Origin: Cirrosporium novae-zelandiae
Taxonomy: Eukaryota
Assembly: GCA_026023565.1 (NCBI GenBank)
Contig: JAPETS010000007.1
Location: 868,001 to 932,000, forward strand
Length of the DNA stretch: 64,000 nucleotides
Direction: 5' to 3'
Shown: positions 63,101 to 64,000 of the stretch, in pieces
Layout of the letters: each line of letters opens with the position of its first letter
Position numbering within the stretch: position 1 is the stretch's first letter
Notes under the pieces: generated by a model
What the model was told of the DNA's origin: nothing
Seen by the model: the letters and a program-made list of their open reading frames with translations, nothing else
The model's database searches: none
Made by a program: the position numbers and the translations under genes

Positions 63101-64000
63101 CCTCCGCGAATACCAAACCCGGCTAGAAGCAGTCATGCACAAGATTAGCGAAGAGATCTCACGAGAAACCCCACATTCGTCTCAAGAGAATGTACGTAGC
63201 CAGACATCCGTCTTTGATCGAACAAGCAGCATCTCTACGGGAGGACCTGATACCCCTGATAACATCAAGCATCTTTGGGACTCCACCCCTATCTTCGATG
63301 CAGATATGGTCCAAGTCGATTCACCTGGAAGTACTATTGACTTGGAGCACAGTATCAATCGAGGCAAGTTTCTGACAGCTCCTGTTAATGAAGATAAGGG
63401 GTACGAGTCCGAATGGGATGTTCCATCCGAAAAGGGAGGCAAGGAAAGTTTGTCAAATAGCATATCCGAGGATTTAAAACGCTATTGGTTGCAACGATCC
63501 CGTCAGCCCAAGGACCTTGGCAGCTTCAGACCATCTCCTCTAAATACTCAAGTTACGAAGACCGTTGCATCTGGGGTACTAAACCGGTCACAGTCAGAAC
63601 CAACCCAAGGGGTATCAGGAATATCACCTGCCGAAACTGTCCTTGCTGCGATGCGTCATGCAAGTCCTCCACCGACACGAGGTGGTCGCAAGGTCTCGCC
63701 TGGTAGCCATGGAGCTATGGGTTCCATTCGGCCGCTTGGGATCTCATCGCCTTTGAAAGAAGAACTTGAAGCTAGTGACCCGGCCTTACGCAATGCTAGG
63801 AATAAGTCCTCGCCAGCACTCACTCAAATAGCTCCGACCCATCACTCTTCTCCTAACTTCAGACCTTTGGATATATACCCTACTTCAGCTCTCCCGGAAG
63901 TTTTGATTTCCGATGACCAACCCCACTACTTTCACCACATTCGTCACGCCTCTCACCCCCCACAACCACCACTTCCCATTGAAACAAACATTTCTATAAG
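60119..64000 (+). CDS. NLR-like protein: SesB/DUF676 alpha/beta-hydrolase plus NB-ARC P-loop domain; continues beyond the window
   Basis: VVFVHGLNGH, YGYDA, FVCHSLGG, FLGTPHKGS, DHSHMCKF; after intron 61415-61659: FFGMNREL, Walker A GAGSGKTHLARQY, Walker B WLLVIDG, CLPLAI. I saw no stop in the parts translated, and the ORF track's omission fits a frame open to the window end. Confidence 0.9.

Noticed and set aside
1..64000. CRISPR arrays, rRNA genes, LTR retrotransposons or a Starship captain recombinase
   Set aside because: No repeat-spacer arrays, rRNA motifs, gag/pol motifs or tyrosine-recombinase-like ORF seen.

Overview
Filamentous ascomycete (Pezizomycotina-type) genomic DNA with GT-AG introns, CTRAC-like branch points and RIP-like mutations. 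Left end: 3' end of an AsaB/CmcJ-like oxygenase, a flavin monooxygenase and a self-sufficient CYP505. About 7.7-38 kb is accessory: two F-box-like genes, a kinase pseudogene, a small protein with a toxin-RNase-like motif, an HSPA12-type Hsp70 divergently paired with a membrane-anchored protein, a STAND-N-like helical protein, intact and broken HET genes, a dead Tc1 transposase, at least three MITE families and a structured Pol III-like ncRNA candidate. About 38.8-44.3 kb is a small decaying cluster (FAD monooxygenase pseudogene, Zn2Cys6 factor, MFS transporter). The right part has an ADH, a small secreted Cys-rich peptide, the divergent CCT7/methylglutaconyl-CoA hydratase pair and a lipase-NB-ARC NLR-like gene running off the window. 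Exon boundaries were read by eye and family calls come from remembered motifs; no searches were run.
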